Origin: Basidioascus undulatus
Lineage: Eukaryota
DNA length: 37,905 nt
Assembly: GCA_000826855.1 (NCBI GenBank)
Contig: JTLS01000047.1
Span: 1-37,905 of the forward strand
Reading direction: 5' to 3'
The position numbers and the translations under genes were made by a program. Under the pieces are notes generated by a model, which saw nothing but the letters and a program-made list of their open reading frames with translations, was not told where the DNA came from and did no database searches. Positions 10,988 through 23,131 of the stretch are shown piece by piece; position 1 is the first letter of the stretch, and each line of letters opens with the position of its first letter.

Positions 10988-13065
10988 CTTTGTTTGGACT
11001 TCTTATGTCACGGCCACGAACCTTTCATGTTTCCTTCTCATCTGCACGAACTGCTGTATCCATCTTGGGTCGCATCCATACTTCCGCTATCTCCTGTCCA
11101 CATGTACCACTATGTCATCGCCGCATCGCATGTACTACGTCCTCGCACCCGAATAACCATGGGTTTCTTGAAGTCTGCCGCTCGTTCTAGAATGTGGTGT
11201 GCTTAAACGAGTATGGCGGGAAGACCAGGACGTCTGTTGCCGTTGAATGCCGTTAGTCCCAAGCAATTGAGACGAAGGTACACGATGACTTCTTGAACAG
11301 ATAAATTTTTTCGACAATGGTAAAAAGGGATGTTCAGTCCAACCCTCAGAAGCATGCCCTTACTCAGCTGGGTGCCAATATTTCTCGACAGTGTGCTTCT
11401 TGATCAATGACTGTGAGATTGTGCCGCTGACAAGACGGCGACCTCGTCGGTCCCTTCTGGCACGCAAGCCCATCATTATTATGCATCCATTTGTCGTTCA
11501 TGTTACAGGCAATATCCCAGTGTAAATGTGTGAGCACACCGCCCGCTCACAGCACCGCTGACCGAACGTTGAGCAGAGTGTGAGGTACGTCCGTTTGGTA
11601 CTCGCGCCTTACCCTGAAACAAATTCCAAATTCAGGGTTCTTTCTTAATCACAATGCACATCCAGACGCAGGTGCAAGTGCCGCGTACAGTCTGCGAAAG
11701 TCTTCCAATGCACAGCCATTATTCCGACCCGGATTGTGCAGTTCCCAAAGGCTGACACTTTGCGCCTTCCTTGACGAAGAAGTACCATAAATTTGACACA
11801 ATACACCACATACTCAGAAATACTGCGACTTTGCAGCGCCTTGTTGGTACCCATAGTGAGGCTCACAGCCGAGGCTGTGCTCAACCTCGTGGTCTTTTCG
11901 GCTAGCGCGGTTATACAGATCGGCTGCCATGAGATCTGCACTGCGGCGATTTGCAGGTATCAAGTCAATTAGAACGTACTGGCGCACCATTTACGTGCTG
12001 CAGGAGGATCTGACAATGCGACACAAATTTGTTTCTGCGTCTCTCAATCTACCTCTGGACTGCTTTTCATGATGACTTGTGCTGGCGGTAACAGTTGGAT
12101 CGGGAAGGTTGAAGAATCGCTGCGCACGGATACAAAACCTAACCCCAGGTACCGGCGGCCAGTTTCCCTCGACGACCGCCCCTTCACGACCTCACTCGAT
12201 CCCTTCTCCCTGATTCGGGCCCAGTTTTCGCGTTTGAGGGTACCCGATCGTGTACATGCAATTGCGTACTGACATCCTGGCCCGCTCTTAGTCATACTAT
12301 GCTTACATTCAATACAGCTCAACTCGCATGGCTGTCGCAGGCCATGCAGACTACTGCGACGGGCGTACTCCGCGTTTCAGATCTCCGTTCTCATATGTTT
12401 GCGTGGATTTGGGGGTCTTTCGCGTGGCTTCCATGAGCTCCGCAACCTTTGCGCCTGCGGCCCTGTTGATCGCCCAGGCACACACCGCGCGGGCACGGGA
12501 GGACACACCCCCGCTGCCGAGCGAGCACCCCGGCGCCCGTCGAGGCTGACCCTCTTCGGCTCCTCTCTGCTCCTGTTACTCGTCTTTCTTCCACGCCCTC
12601 GCATCGCATCGCTGGCAGCAGCGGCATGCAGCACTCCTGATTCCAGCCATCTTCACTTCATAACCTTCATACTTCTACTCGCGGCCGTCCGCCCCTCTTC
12701 TGCGTTTCCACTCGACATTCGCTCACTCGTTACCATTATCGCGCACCGCATTCCTTCTCACACTCCCCGATCCTGGGATCTACACTCGCTTGCTCTTGCC
12801 TTTGCGCTCTTTTGTTCCCGCTCGGTCTTGTCCTTCTTCACCCTTCTTACTCTCCGAGACCGTCGCGCACGCGCTTGCCCCCTTCGACACCAGCCTTGAC
12901 GGCCTTTTGCTTCTCAGCTCGCCTGTCTTCGTAGCACATTCGTCTCTCATCAGCACAGTCCATTCGGCGTAGCAACCTATACGCACTCCCATCGACACAC
13001 CACAATTCCTTGCAGCTAGCTCTACACTTCCCCTACCCCCTTCGACATTCGCATCCTCTTAACCA

Positions 13066-15612
13066 ATGACAGCAATCTGGTGTCCGTGCATCGCGATCTC
13101 CTCTCCTGACCTTTCTACACCACTCACTCCAATTCGCGTGTTTGCAGCCAACCCGATGCCATCTCCGCTGGACAAAACGTTTGATTTCCCACCGCTTTCG
13201 CCGTTCGGAACCGGCAGTAGCGGCTGGTCCGCTGCGCAGCCTTCCCCGACGTTCTTCTCTCCTGCTCCTCTCCCTCCTATCCTCCCTCCCCTGCAAGCGC
13301 AGCAGCAGCAGCAGCAGCAGCAGCCGGAGCGCCCGGCCTCTCCCCCGCACTCGCACTCCTCTGCCTCGTCCATGGCATCCCCCGAGCCGGACGACGACGA
13401 CGAGGACGAGTACCATCCGAACTCTCGGCACTCGGGCACGGCTACAGCAGGCGGGCGGGTGCTCCGTCCGCGCGCGCGTTCGGGAACGGGCCCTGTCCGG
13501 AGCAGGAGGTCGTCGACCGTCACGGAAGACGAGGAGGGCGGCTCGACGCCGTCGGCCCCGAGGAAGAAGCGTCTGCGGACCAACCAGGACCAGCGCGCGG
13601 CGCTCGAGCAGGCGTTTGCGTCCGACCGCCACCCGACGACGAAGGCGCGCAGGCTCCTCAGCGAGCGTCTTAACATGGTGCGTGGGTTTCTGAGGTTGTT
13701 CTTTGTAGCGGGAGAACATTTAGAGTTGCGGAGGGGGACTGACTTTGTTTGCTTATCCTGACAGCCTGAGCGCCAAGTCCAAGTGTTTGTCCTCCCCCTC
13801 CTCTTCCGTCTCCTCTCCGCTCGTTCTTCTGACGCTCTGTCGCCTTTTGTCCATTGAAACGTCATACAGCTGGTTCCAGAATCGGTAAGCTCATCTCTCA
13901 CTTCACGAGCTCTGCTAAAGCCGCCGTTTCTAACGCGCATCGTCGTTCGTTTTAACCCCGCAGCCGCGCCAAAGCCAAAGCTCAAGTGAGGAGCGCAAAG
14001 ACGTCCTTTGGCGCGCTCGACCCCAACCCGGCGTTCGACCTCCTCGCCAACGCTGACGGCGACAGCACGCGCCCGCCGCTCGCGGCCGTCTTGCACGTTA
14101 ACGACCGTACGCCTTCCAACTCTGTCCAGCGGATGGCGGCGGAGGTGTGGGACTGCGAGAATCTGACATGGGGAACACGACGCACACACAGCCATCCTCA
14201 TCCTCCCCGCTCAGGCGCTCGTCATCGGCCTCTGGAAGCGAGAGGACAAGCTCGCGCCCAACGGTTACCCACAGCTGATCGCCTTCGCTGCCAAGTACGT
14301 CCTCGCCCGTCCTTGCTCCTAATACCCAGGCCCGTGTAACAATCATCCCGCTTCCACTTCCTAGCCGCTCGCTCTGCTGGTACATCAACTCGGATGCATG
14401 CGGCTTCAAGATCGAGATCCCCTGGTCGAGCGTGCGCCGCGTCGACTTCGGGATCGACCGCGAGTCGGGCGAGGGCGTCGCGACGTTCGAAATTGACCGC
14501 ACGCCCAGTACGCGCGTCTGCCTTCTTATCCTCCCAGGGTATACCGACGCTGACCGCCATTCTGCTCTCGGCAGACTTCTTCCTCGAGGTTGTGAAGTTC
14601 GAGGAGGGCAGCGGACAGGGAAACGAGGGCGGCGCAAAGGTCAGCTCAGCGACTTGGCACAAGGTGCGTCGACGAAGCTTTTTTTCCATTGGCTACAGGG
14701 CAAGCTTAATGGTTTCTACTCTCCCGATGTCGCACAGGTGGGCGACTTCTCGGAGAACCAGCAGGCGTCTAGCGTGATGCGCCACCGCCTCGTGTCGCAG
14801 CAGCCCGATGAGCTGCGCAAGGCGCTCATCGTGCGTTCCTCTCGAGTATTACTCTCAGCGCATAACTTTGCTGATGCGAGTCACTATATATACGCTATTA
14901 GAATCTCTGCTCGTCCGACACCCACCTCGCGACCGTCATGTCCTTCAGCCCGTCCGACCCGCCGCACTTCATCCAGCCCACCCTCGACCACGCGACCTTC
15001 GCGGCGTCCGTCACGGCCGCGTCCGCCCAGGCCGCCGCGAGCCGCGTGCGCTCCGGATCGCACGGATCCTTCACCGCGTCGCCGCAGCCGCACTCGCAGC
15101 CTCACTCGCCCGAGCAGCGCTACCGCCCGTACACCGCGCCCGGCATGATGGCGCGCTCGCACAGCTACCACCGCGGCGGCGGTGGCGGATACCCCTCGCA
15201 TATGGTCCCTGCCTCCGGCCCCGGTCCCATCCCGGCGTACCTCCAGCCCCCGCCGGTGCAGGGCTACTACGCGGGCCCGCCCATGGAGTCGTACACGCTC
15301 CCGCCCGTGCCGAAGCCTCCCGCCCAGGCGTGGTACCCGACGCACCTCGCGCCGGGCCCGCCGCCGCCGCCGCAGCAGCAGTACCAGGGCTGCTACGCGG
15401 AGCAGCAGCGGTCTTACTCTGCCGTGCCGCCCAGCTCGATGTACACGTCGTCTGAGCCATCGGACAGCCGCCCGTCCACCAGCAACGGTCGCATCGGCAG
15501 CACCCTCGACATGCCCATGGGGACCAGCCCGGCCTCGACGGCTGCATACTTTGACCAGCACGAGGAGTCGAAGCCGTTCGCGTGCCAGGTCCCGCCGCCG
15601 TCGCACCAGTAG
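13066..15612 (+). CDS. Homeodomain transcription factor, Pho2/Phx1-like fungal class, 9 exons (start may be 13156)
   Basis: Homeodomain RKKRLRTNQDQRAALEQAF...LSERLNM|PERQVQ|VWFQN|RRAKAK. It is followed by the domain typical of this family: ALVIGLWKR...LCWYINSDACGFKIEIPW...PNFFLE...WHK|VGDFSENQQASSVMRHRL. Intron donors at 13678, 13785, 13885, 14107, 14295, 14508, 14664 and 14831. Pro/Tyr/Gln-rich C-terminus. Confidence 0.9.
13300..13323 (+). repeat. (CAG)8 microsatellite encoding polyQ in the homeodomain protein
   Basis: Eight perfect in-frame CAG units. Confidence 0.9.
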
Positions 15613-16250
15613 AGCATACGCTCGTGCTGCCTTTTCTTCCTTTTTCGTCCATTCTGCGCCTTTGGACTCTTCTTCTTTTGTCCGCTCCTCTCCCTTCGTC
15701 GCTCCCTTTTTGCGCTTACTCGTCGAATCGCAACAGCACCACGCATCGCAAGCATCCCGCAACACGTTCTTCCCGCTTTTCCCATCCAGTTACAGTTCCT
15801 CCTTGGACACTTTTAGCTCTTCTCGTTTGTTCACGTCCCTCCTCTTCTTCAAGTTGTAGTTTGGCTTCGTTTCACTCGCTCATCATTTGCGAGTTGTTGG
15901 TGGCTATTCAGGAAGCATGCTCTCCATTCTTGCGTCTCGCAATCGCTCGCTGTCTGTTCCGGTTCCGCGACCTCCTGTCTGCTGTGCCTCCTGTTTGACC
16001 GCACCTCCTGTTTGACTACATGAATCACAATCCTCGTTGATCTCCACGTTCCCGACGTCGCTTATCTTCTGAATGCCTTCCGAGATTTTTCGGCAGGGCA
16101 GGTTAAGTCGAGGTTGGTCGAGGCCCCCGCAGCATTCGAGTGCGCTGTCATCCTGAAACGCAGCACGGAAGATGCAATGCATGCAGCACGAAGCGACCAG
16201 AATCCTCTTCGGAGACGACCGGGCAGCAGAACCGTCAACGACGCCGGACG

Positions 16251-19200
16251 TCATCGTGCGTTCTTCCTGGCGACCGACCGTCTCGCGCGTCCCTCTGCGA
16301 TCGAGCTGCTCTGCTGCGACTCGTCCGCAGCAGCGAGCTCCTCGGCCTCGCGCGCGAAGCGGCCCATGCCCATCTCGTCGAGCGGGTCGAAGCTGCTGCT
16401 GTCCGGGAGCGCGGCGGCCTGCGTGCCCTGCTCGAGCACACGCAGGATGCGCCGCTTCTCGCGCCGCGCGACGGGGTCGTCGTACGTGATCCGCATCGTC
16501 TCGTCCGCGTCGGCGTCGGAGGAGGGGGCCGTGTCGTCGCAGGGCGGCGCGGAGGAGAGGGGCGAGGAGGGCGCGTGCGAGTGGCTGCGCCGGGAGGGTG
16601 GTGAGGGCGGACGGGCGGGAGAGGAGAGGTTTGGGGACGATCGACTGCTTGGTCCAGTCTGTCGAGGGAGGACGTTAAGGGCCGACTGTCAGAAGAGCTC
16701 CCCAAGAGGAGCCGAAAAGACTGCGACGCACCGGTTCGCGCTTCAACCGTTGCCTCTTCCTCGGTAGTCGGGGTGCAGGCGGCTTGTCCCCCTCCTTCTT
16801 CAGGAGCTCCATCAAGCTTTCGCTCAACGGCCCGGCGGACCTCGCCCGTTCACGCTCGCGCTCCTGCTTCGCCGGCAGCGGCGGCGGCATTCCGTCGTCC
16901 GCAGCCTCCTCAGCGGGCGGCGGACCATCTGCGCTCTCGTTCGCGCTCACGCTCGTGCGTCGAGACGGCCCGCCCACTGCGCTGCCGCCGCGCGAGGACG
17001 AGGGCCTGTGGAAGCATGTTGCGCGGAAGGGGTTCGAGGGTGCTGGTTTGCGAGCGCGTTTCGCGGGCGGGTCGGGCTTGGCGAACTTGGTGGTGGATGT
17101 CGATGTGGAGGGTTTGGGTGGGGCACCGGGGGTAGGGACGGAGGCGGCGGAGTTGGGGCGGGAGGAACGGGAGGAGGGGCCGGTACCGGCTACGGATGGG
17201 GGAATGGTGTCTGGTTGTACAAGAGCGGATAGTCAGCCAATTTGCATTGCGACACGAGAATGAAGAGAGGAAGCGCTCACCGTGGCTCAGCATCGACGCG
17301 CCCTCGACCCTCGTGTGCGGGCCCGTGCCCTCCACAAGCCACTGCGACCCCTCCCCCGTATCGGGCACATTCCCCTCCTTGACCATCTGCCAAACCCACC
17401 CGAGGCGGAGGACGGTGACGCCGCGCTCGAGCGCGCGGTGGTAGCGCTCGCCCTGCGCGGGCGGGTCATACCCCGTCACGACGTGCGTGATGTGCTTCGT
17501 GAAGCCTTCTTTCGCTTGGAACCCTGTCGTCGGGGGGCGGAGGGTGAGGATAAGAGGGCGGCAGGGTGTGAAGAGGCAGGGCAGGAAGGGACGCACCGAG
17601 TCGACGGAAGAGCCGCATGATCTGTGCGCGCTCGCACAGGTCCACGCCGGAGAAGGTGAAGACCCATTTCCGGGTGTCCGGAGCTGTGTATGGCGCGCAC
17701 CATGTCAGTGAATGCCCATGTGGTGCAGTGCGAGTGAGCGAAGAAGCGCGTACGGATGGAGGGGAGCGAGACGGGCTTGAACAGCAAGCGCTCGTCGGCG
17801 GGGATGACTCGGCGCTCGTACTGGCAGCGCTCGACCCAGCACTCAGTCACCGCGGGCGCGGGGAGGTCGTTGAGGTATTTCTCGCCGCTGTTCGTTCGCA
17901 CAGCCCCCGCACGTCAGCCAGCTCCAGCCCTGCGCACGATCACCCCGTCTCGCACGCACCTCGAAAAAGCCACCACAACCCAGTCGACCTTCTCGCCCGC
18001 GTCCTCGCGCACGACGCGCCCGCCGTACAGGTGCAGCTCGCGCTCGAGCCGGACGGGCTGGTCGCCCTCGAACCCGCGGTGCACGAACGTCAGGCCGGCA
18101 AAGATCGCGGGGACGGATTCGGGGGCCGCGGCGGGCAGGGGCGGGTTGGAGACTGGTGCAGGCGCGGGCGTGGGGGGAAGGAGGGTGTTGGATGCGGGAG
18201 GGAAGTCGGAGGGTTTGGAGGGCGCGAAAGAGGTCGAGCGGCTAGAGAGGAGGCGCGAGGTCGGGGGGAGGGTGGTGTTGTTCGCTGTTGTATTGGTTGG
18301 GGGCAGGGCAGACACAGATGCCGAGCCCTCGTCTTCATCATCCTCCGTTGCGCTCCCGTCCTCGCCCTCGCTCGGCCTCCGGCGCTTCGCACCCGCGCCC
18401 GGAGCGGAGGAAGACACCTGCGAGAGGATGCCGGTGATGACCTCGCTCGCCCGGATGCGGTGCTTCTTGAGCACTGCGCGCTCAGGCTCGTCCGCTGCGC
18501 TCGCGGGCGCGGGGCGCTTGGCGGGAAGGGTGGTGTTGCTGTTCGAGGGGAGGAGGACGGAGTCCTCGGCGAGGAGGGAGGGCTTGGAGGGGTCCGGCGG
18601 CGTCGGTGCGGGCGAGGGCTTCGGTGGATGCGGGCGAGGGCGCGAGAGGTCGTATACGGACTCGTCGATGAGACCTGTACTTATCGTTTCCTCATTCAGT
18701 TCCCTGATCATGTCCGCTTGCAACGCAGCATGCTGGAATGCATCATAACAGCACTCACCCCCAGCCTGCACGCACGCCCACACCCACTCCTCCCAAACGA
18801 GGACGATCGGCCCGCCCGCCTCGCGGTCCTTCTCCCGCGCTGCGCGGAGCTGCGCGTTGTGCCGGCGCGCCCATGCGACTTTGTCGCCGCCCTCGCGCGC
18901 GGAGACGAGGTGCGTGCACCGCCGGTCGAGGTTCTTGGAGTACGTCGCGCCGCAGCGGACGAGGACGCGCTCCATCTCGACGCGCTTCGACGGCGGCTCG
19001 ACGCCCGTCATGGAAATTATCAGGTTCGAGAAGGGGAGGAGGGCGTGCTTGGTTAGGAGCTGCGAGGCGGGGGGAATGAAGGTAAGCGGGATTGGAGGAA
19101 GTGGAGAGCGGCGGACGGGAGGGGAAGTGGTACATACTGTCGGGATGTGTACCGTTCCGCCTGAAAGCCAGGTCTCGTAGGCGCTATCGACGAAGGTGGA

Positions 19201-19746
19201 GAGGAGGATGGGCAGCTTGAGCGCCAGTGCGCACTGTGGAGTTCGCCGCCCGGTGCTCAGCTCTGCTTCAATCATGCCGGTCCAGTTCCTAAGAGAAACG
19301 CACCTTGTACTTTGCGCTGCCCGGCTCATTAGCGATCAGATGTGTGACGGTGTCGGTCAAGTTAGTATCTGTCCGCGCGCCGAGCTCGACCGCCTTCTTG
19401 AACAGCTCGACCTACCCATCCACCTCTTTCAGCCTCCCAATCGCCGCCTTTCCACTCATCCTCAAGACCCACAACGCACCTTGTTTATACTGCCCGTACA
19501 ACACAGCACCCAGCCCGCAAACGGCTTCTCCGCCGCGCGATCCAGCACGCCCCCCGCCTCGTCCTCGACCTCTCCATCCGAGCCAAGCACCGCCTCTCCG
19601 TACTCGTCGCCGTAGCGCACGGGGTTGCGCGGCTCGTCGTCGGCGGCGGTGCGCGTGGAGGCCGCCGAGGCGGGTGCGGGGCGGATCTTGACATTGGGGA
19701 TCTTGGTGGAAAGGTGGCCGCGGCGGGCGCCGGGTCGGCCGGACAT
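16251..19746 (-). CDS. DPB11: Multi-BRCT replication/checkpoint scaffold (Dpb11/Rad4-Cut5/TopBP1 orthologue)
   Basis: ATG at 19746 (MSGRPGARRGHLSTKIPNVKIRPA). Four BRCT-like repeats: PFAGWVLCCTG...VTHLIANEPGSAKY; PFSNLIISMTG...LDRRCTHLV...LVWEEWVWAC; IFAGLTF...VTECWVERC; FTFSGVD...ITHVV...LGWVW. The C-terminal part carries MRITYDDP and ends at the stop at 16251. Confidence 0.85.
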
Positions 19747-22149
19747 GGCGGTGTGCACGGGAGGGTGTATGAGCGCAGGTTGGCCGGCCGCTGATGTGAG
19801 CCCGAGGGAAGATGACTGTGCGAGGAGGAAGAGCGAGGCAAGATGAATGGGAACGGTAACGCGTCAAAGTGGCCATGCGACGCGTGCCGTCCACGGTGGC
19901 TCCACGGTCACTCCTCGGGCAGACGTTGCGCTGTGCCTCTTAATCATTGTAAGCAGGAACCCACAGAGTCACCAATACGACGTTAGCACTTGAGAGAGAA
20001 CATCGAACCAAATATAGCGAAAGAAATTTCTCCTAGTTCACTCGGTGCCTTCCTATGTGGATGGCGGCTGTTGCAGAACTACCACCTGCCTTGCAGTCTC
20101 GCAACTTTGATACTTTGCCCTCCCGAGGATGAGAGTCTTTACCTTTGATGTAGTAAACCAGAGAGTTCAATGGGCGTGAGGAGGTTACGATGGATGGATG
20201 AAACGAGCGAGGTTCAGAAGGGCGACAGCGGTGCGGTGAGCCTTGCAGGCGTGGCAGTCTGACCGTTACCACTACCGCTTTCACTGTTGTTGGTCGCCAA
20301 CGTACCCGGAAGAGCCGATCTCACCAGATTTCCCTTTCAAAGCATAACAGTAGCGCTCGCCAGACTCACATTCTTTCTTTGACTGCCAAAGACCTGGCTC
20401 TGTTCGTTCACCAGTACGACTGCCGCCCGCAAGACAACGCGAGTCCCTTCATCGATGGTATCAAAGCCGCCAAACAGCCAAGGCCCCTATTGAGTCGCAG
20501 GAGCGCGAGAAGTTGAGTTTTCTTTTCTTTCAAGAATGCTCCACCCAGTGGAGCGTGTATGACTGCATCGTTGCGACAGACGCCCAACAGTGACGACTGC
20601 GAGCCTTGCCTGTCCGTGCCCGTCCGTATGTGCGGAGATTCACCCACTAGGACCCGGGAAAATAGTACAGAGCGTTTTGCGCTCTCTTACTGACAGCGAA
20701 GGGAAGACCCCTGCTGTGGCAATGCGTAGAGGGCATGCTGCTCAAATACAGCGTCCACAAGCATGACCTGCCACCACCCACAATGCCACACTTCTCAGGA
20801 TCGAACCCCTCCTACAAACAAAGAATTGTGTCAACAAAGGAACTATTGGGCCTGTGAACGGATGAATGAGTCACGCACCACTCTCAGTCGTCCTTGGCCA
20901 TACAATACACAGCCGTTGCCAATGGGACAGCGAGCAGTGCGATCAAACACCTTTCCCCACTCGCTGGCGTTCCCGCCCAGCACCATTATCACCAAGCCAA
21001 GCAGCGCCGCGAATGTGTGGCATATCAACAGGTTCAGGGTTTCGTTCACGTCATCGCGCTTCGCATCCGCGCCGAGGGTCGAGCACCCCGGCGAGGTACT
21101 TGAATGGGGTGAGGGGATAGACCGCAAGCGCCGCGAACCTTTAGGTCGCTGCGAGGCCCAGCGACGGATGGGAGAGGTAGTACAGCGTGAATTGCCAGTG
21201 CGCCGCGGTCAACGCCAGGAAGGGTCGGGTCCTGCGGCGGCGACGGAGAAGGGTTACGAGATGGTGTGGCCATAGTCTGGTGTTGGTTTTGGCTGTGAGG
21301 ACGAAGTACCGGCCTTGCGAAGTTTTATGTGGCAGCAGCAGCGGCCGCAGTTGTGCGCGTGGTTGAAGACGTTCCGGGAAGCCACTCGACGGGAATGGAA
21401 AGAGCATGACACGCGCCCGGGTCTCAATTATTATTCAATCAATTTAGGCTCCAGCATTTGATGTTTCCTCTGAAGGCAGTCACGCTGCGCCTTCAGCACT
21501 GCGGAGGGTGCTTGATACCGCCCGGGCACGCTGCGTACTCGTATTGCCCAGCAGAATTGCTGAGAGCACTCCACACCGTCGTGTACTTGAGATTTTGGCA
21601 ATTTAGCCATTATGAATCTCGGAAAGTTCTCACACACTGCTCGCAAACGGCGGCTTGTACTCGCGCAGGCAGTCCGGCTTCGAGCTTCGCTCCAAACCGT
21701 CCGAGATACCGCAGTCTTGTGGGCGCAAGGATGCACCTAAAGAGCTTGGTTACCACCTTTCAAAAGAATTTTTTTTTTTGTAGAATTGTTATGCTGCAGC
21801 AATCAGGCGTGTCCAGCCGATGCCCTGATCGACATGCTTCAATTCGCGGGCTCGTTATGCGCGCCTGAGACTCGGCAATGCAAAATCGCACCTTGTGCTT
21901 TGAATGCCAGCTCGGCTGCCAATAACCTTCCCGCGCAACTTTCACGCCCCGGCTATCGTCCGGCGCCTGAATCGCGCCCGCTGCGTGCCCGTACTGCGTG
22001 GCAGGGTTGCTGAGAGCGCTGAATGCTGGGGTGTACATGAGACGGTGAATATACTAATGAAGTTACAGTGCAAACGTGATTTTTCCCTGCCAGTGGATGG
22101 CGGATGTACTCCTGTAGGCTGCTCAGCTTTGCGTTGAAGCACCCTTGCC

Positions 22150-22920
22150 TCATGCACACCCCTCATGCAGTCTCGTAACAATGTTACAACCGCCAGGAAG
22201 GGGGACATACGTGCAGTGATCTGAGTTCAAGGCACTGTGCTTGTATCGTTTCACGCCCGGTTCGTCGCAAAGCAGACCCTTTCTCACTGTGGTTGTGATG
22301 TGCAGTCAGGTCATAGGATGGGGAGCTCCGCGAATGCTGCAAGGCACTGGATGACCTTCCTGATGTTCTCCGTCTTGCGCCGGCCGAACTCACTCATTAT
22401 GTAAACATCCGCTACAAAAACAAGACGGGGAGGTACGGGGGGAGGGAGTTGGGGGGCGCGGGGCGAAGACGGCAGTGATGAGCATGATCTCTGACGCTTG
22501 GCAGTCATGTCGTACCAAGCGCGGTCCGGAACCGCAGTGATGGCCGGAATAAGTTTGGGTAGCCCATATGCCTCGTCCGTCTCATTGGTGGCGGAAGAGA
22601 AGGCGGAGTGGGGCCCCAACAATGGGAATACACAGATGATGTTCGCGCCGCAGCAGGTGCAAAGGTTATTTGTTCACAACCAAGGCGACACTGAAGAACG
22701 TGAGCTCCGGGATGTGATGTATGCTCTGAAATCGCTTGATGTTCTGCTTGCAGAGATGGCCGGGGTTGACGAAGCAGGTCTGTGTGTGCAGGAGAGGGAG
22801 GGAGTAGTCAGAGGCGCTGCTCAAGGGATGCTGAGCTTACCGCCTGTTCTACGCAAACGCGAGCGCACCAGACCTTCGAGAAAGGTTTTCATGCAAGCCT
22901 TCAGAATAGACAGGTTTTCC
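22150..22920 (-). pseudogene. Spliced gene relic of unknown family
   Basis: A clean minus-strand intron at 22840-22780 (GTAAGC...CTGAC...pyrimidine tract...CAG) is flanked by coding-like text that is interrupted by stops. No intact reading frame spans the region; the boundaries are approximate. Confidence 0.3.
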
Positions 22921-23017
22921 TCCTTCGCTTTTCAGCGAAAGACGTGTCTGCGGTCTCAAAGCATTACACAATACAACATCAAGACTACGTGGCCTTCCGG
23001 AAGGAGAGGCAAAAGTT

Positions 23018-23131
23018 TGACGAGAGCGGGATTTGAACCCGCGCCACTTGCGTGATCGGGACTGCTCCTTCAAATTCTAGGAAATCTATGAAGATTGAAT
23101 CCGACGCCTTAGACCACTCGGCCATCTCGCC
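23018..23131 (-). tRNA. tRNA-Leu(CAA) with 32-nt intron; atypical anticodon arm
   Basis: GGCGAGA TG GCCGAGTGGTCTAAGGC G TCGGA TT CAA [intron] ..CCCGA TCACGCAAGTGGC GCGGG TTCAAAT CCCGC TCTCGTC A, then AACTTTT. It has a 7-bp acceptor stem, A and B boxes, a long variable arm, discriminator A and a T4 Pol III terminator. Length is 82 nt after splicing. Confidence 0.85.

Noticed and set aside
13066..15612. Homeodomain gene as a mating-type HD1/HD2 locus
   Set aside because: There is no divergent partner homeodomain gene, the C-terminal domain is of the Pho2/Phx1 type, and no pheromone or receptor genes were seen.
17617..19056. 479-aa plus-strand ORF and many similar long overlapping ORFs (e.g. 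13059-14201, 14884-15765, 30396-31097)
   Set aside because: These are antisense or off-frame shadows of GC-rich exons, with Arg/Gly/Ala-rich translations and no motifs.
23018..23131. Selenocysteine tRNA
   Set aside because: The 7/5 acceptor/T-stem, 3-bp D-stem, discriminator A and Leu-like arms do not match the 9/4 eukaryotic tRNA-Sec fold, and Sec machinery is not known from Dikarya.
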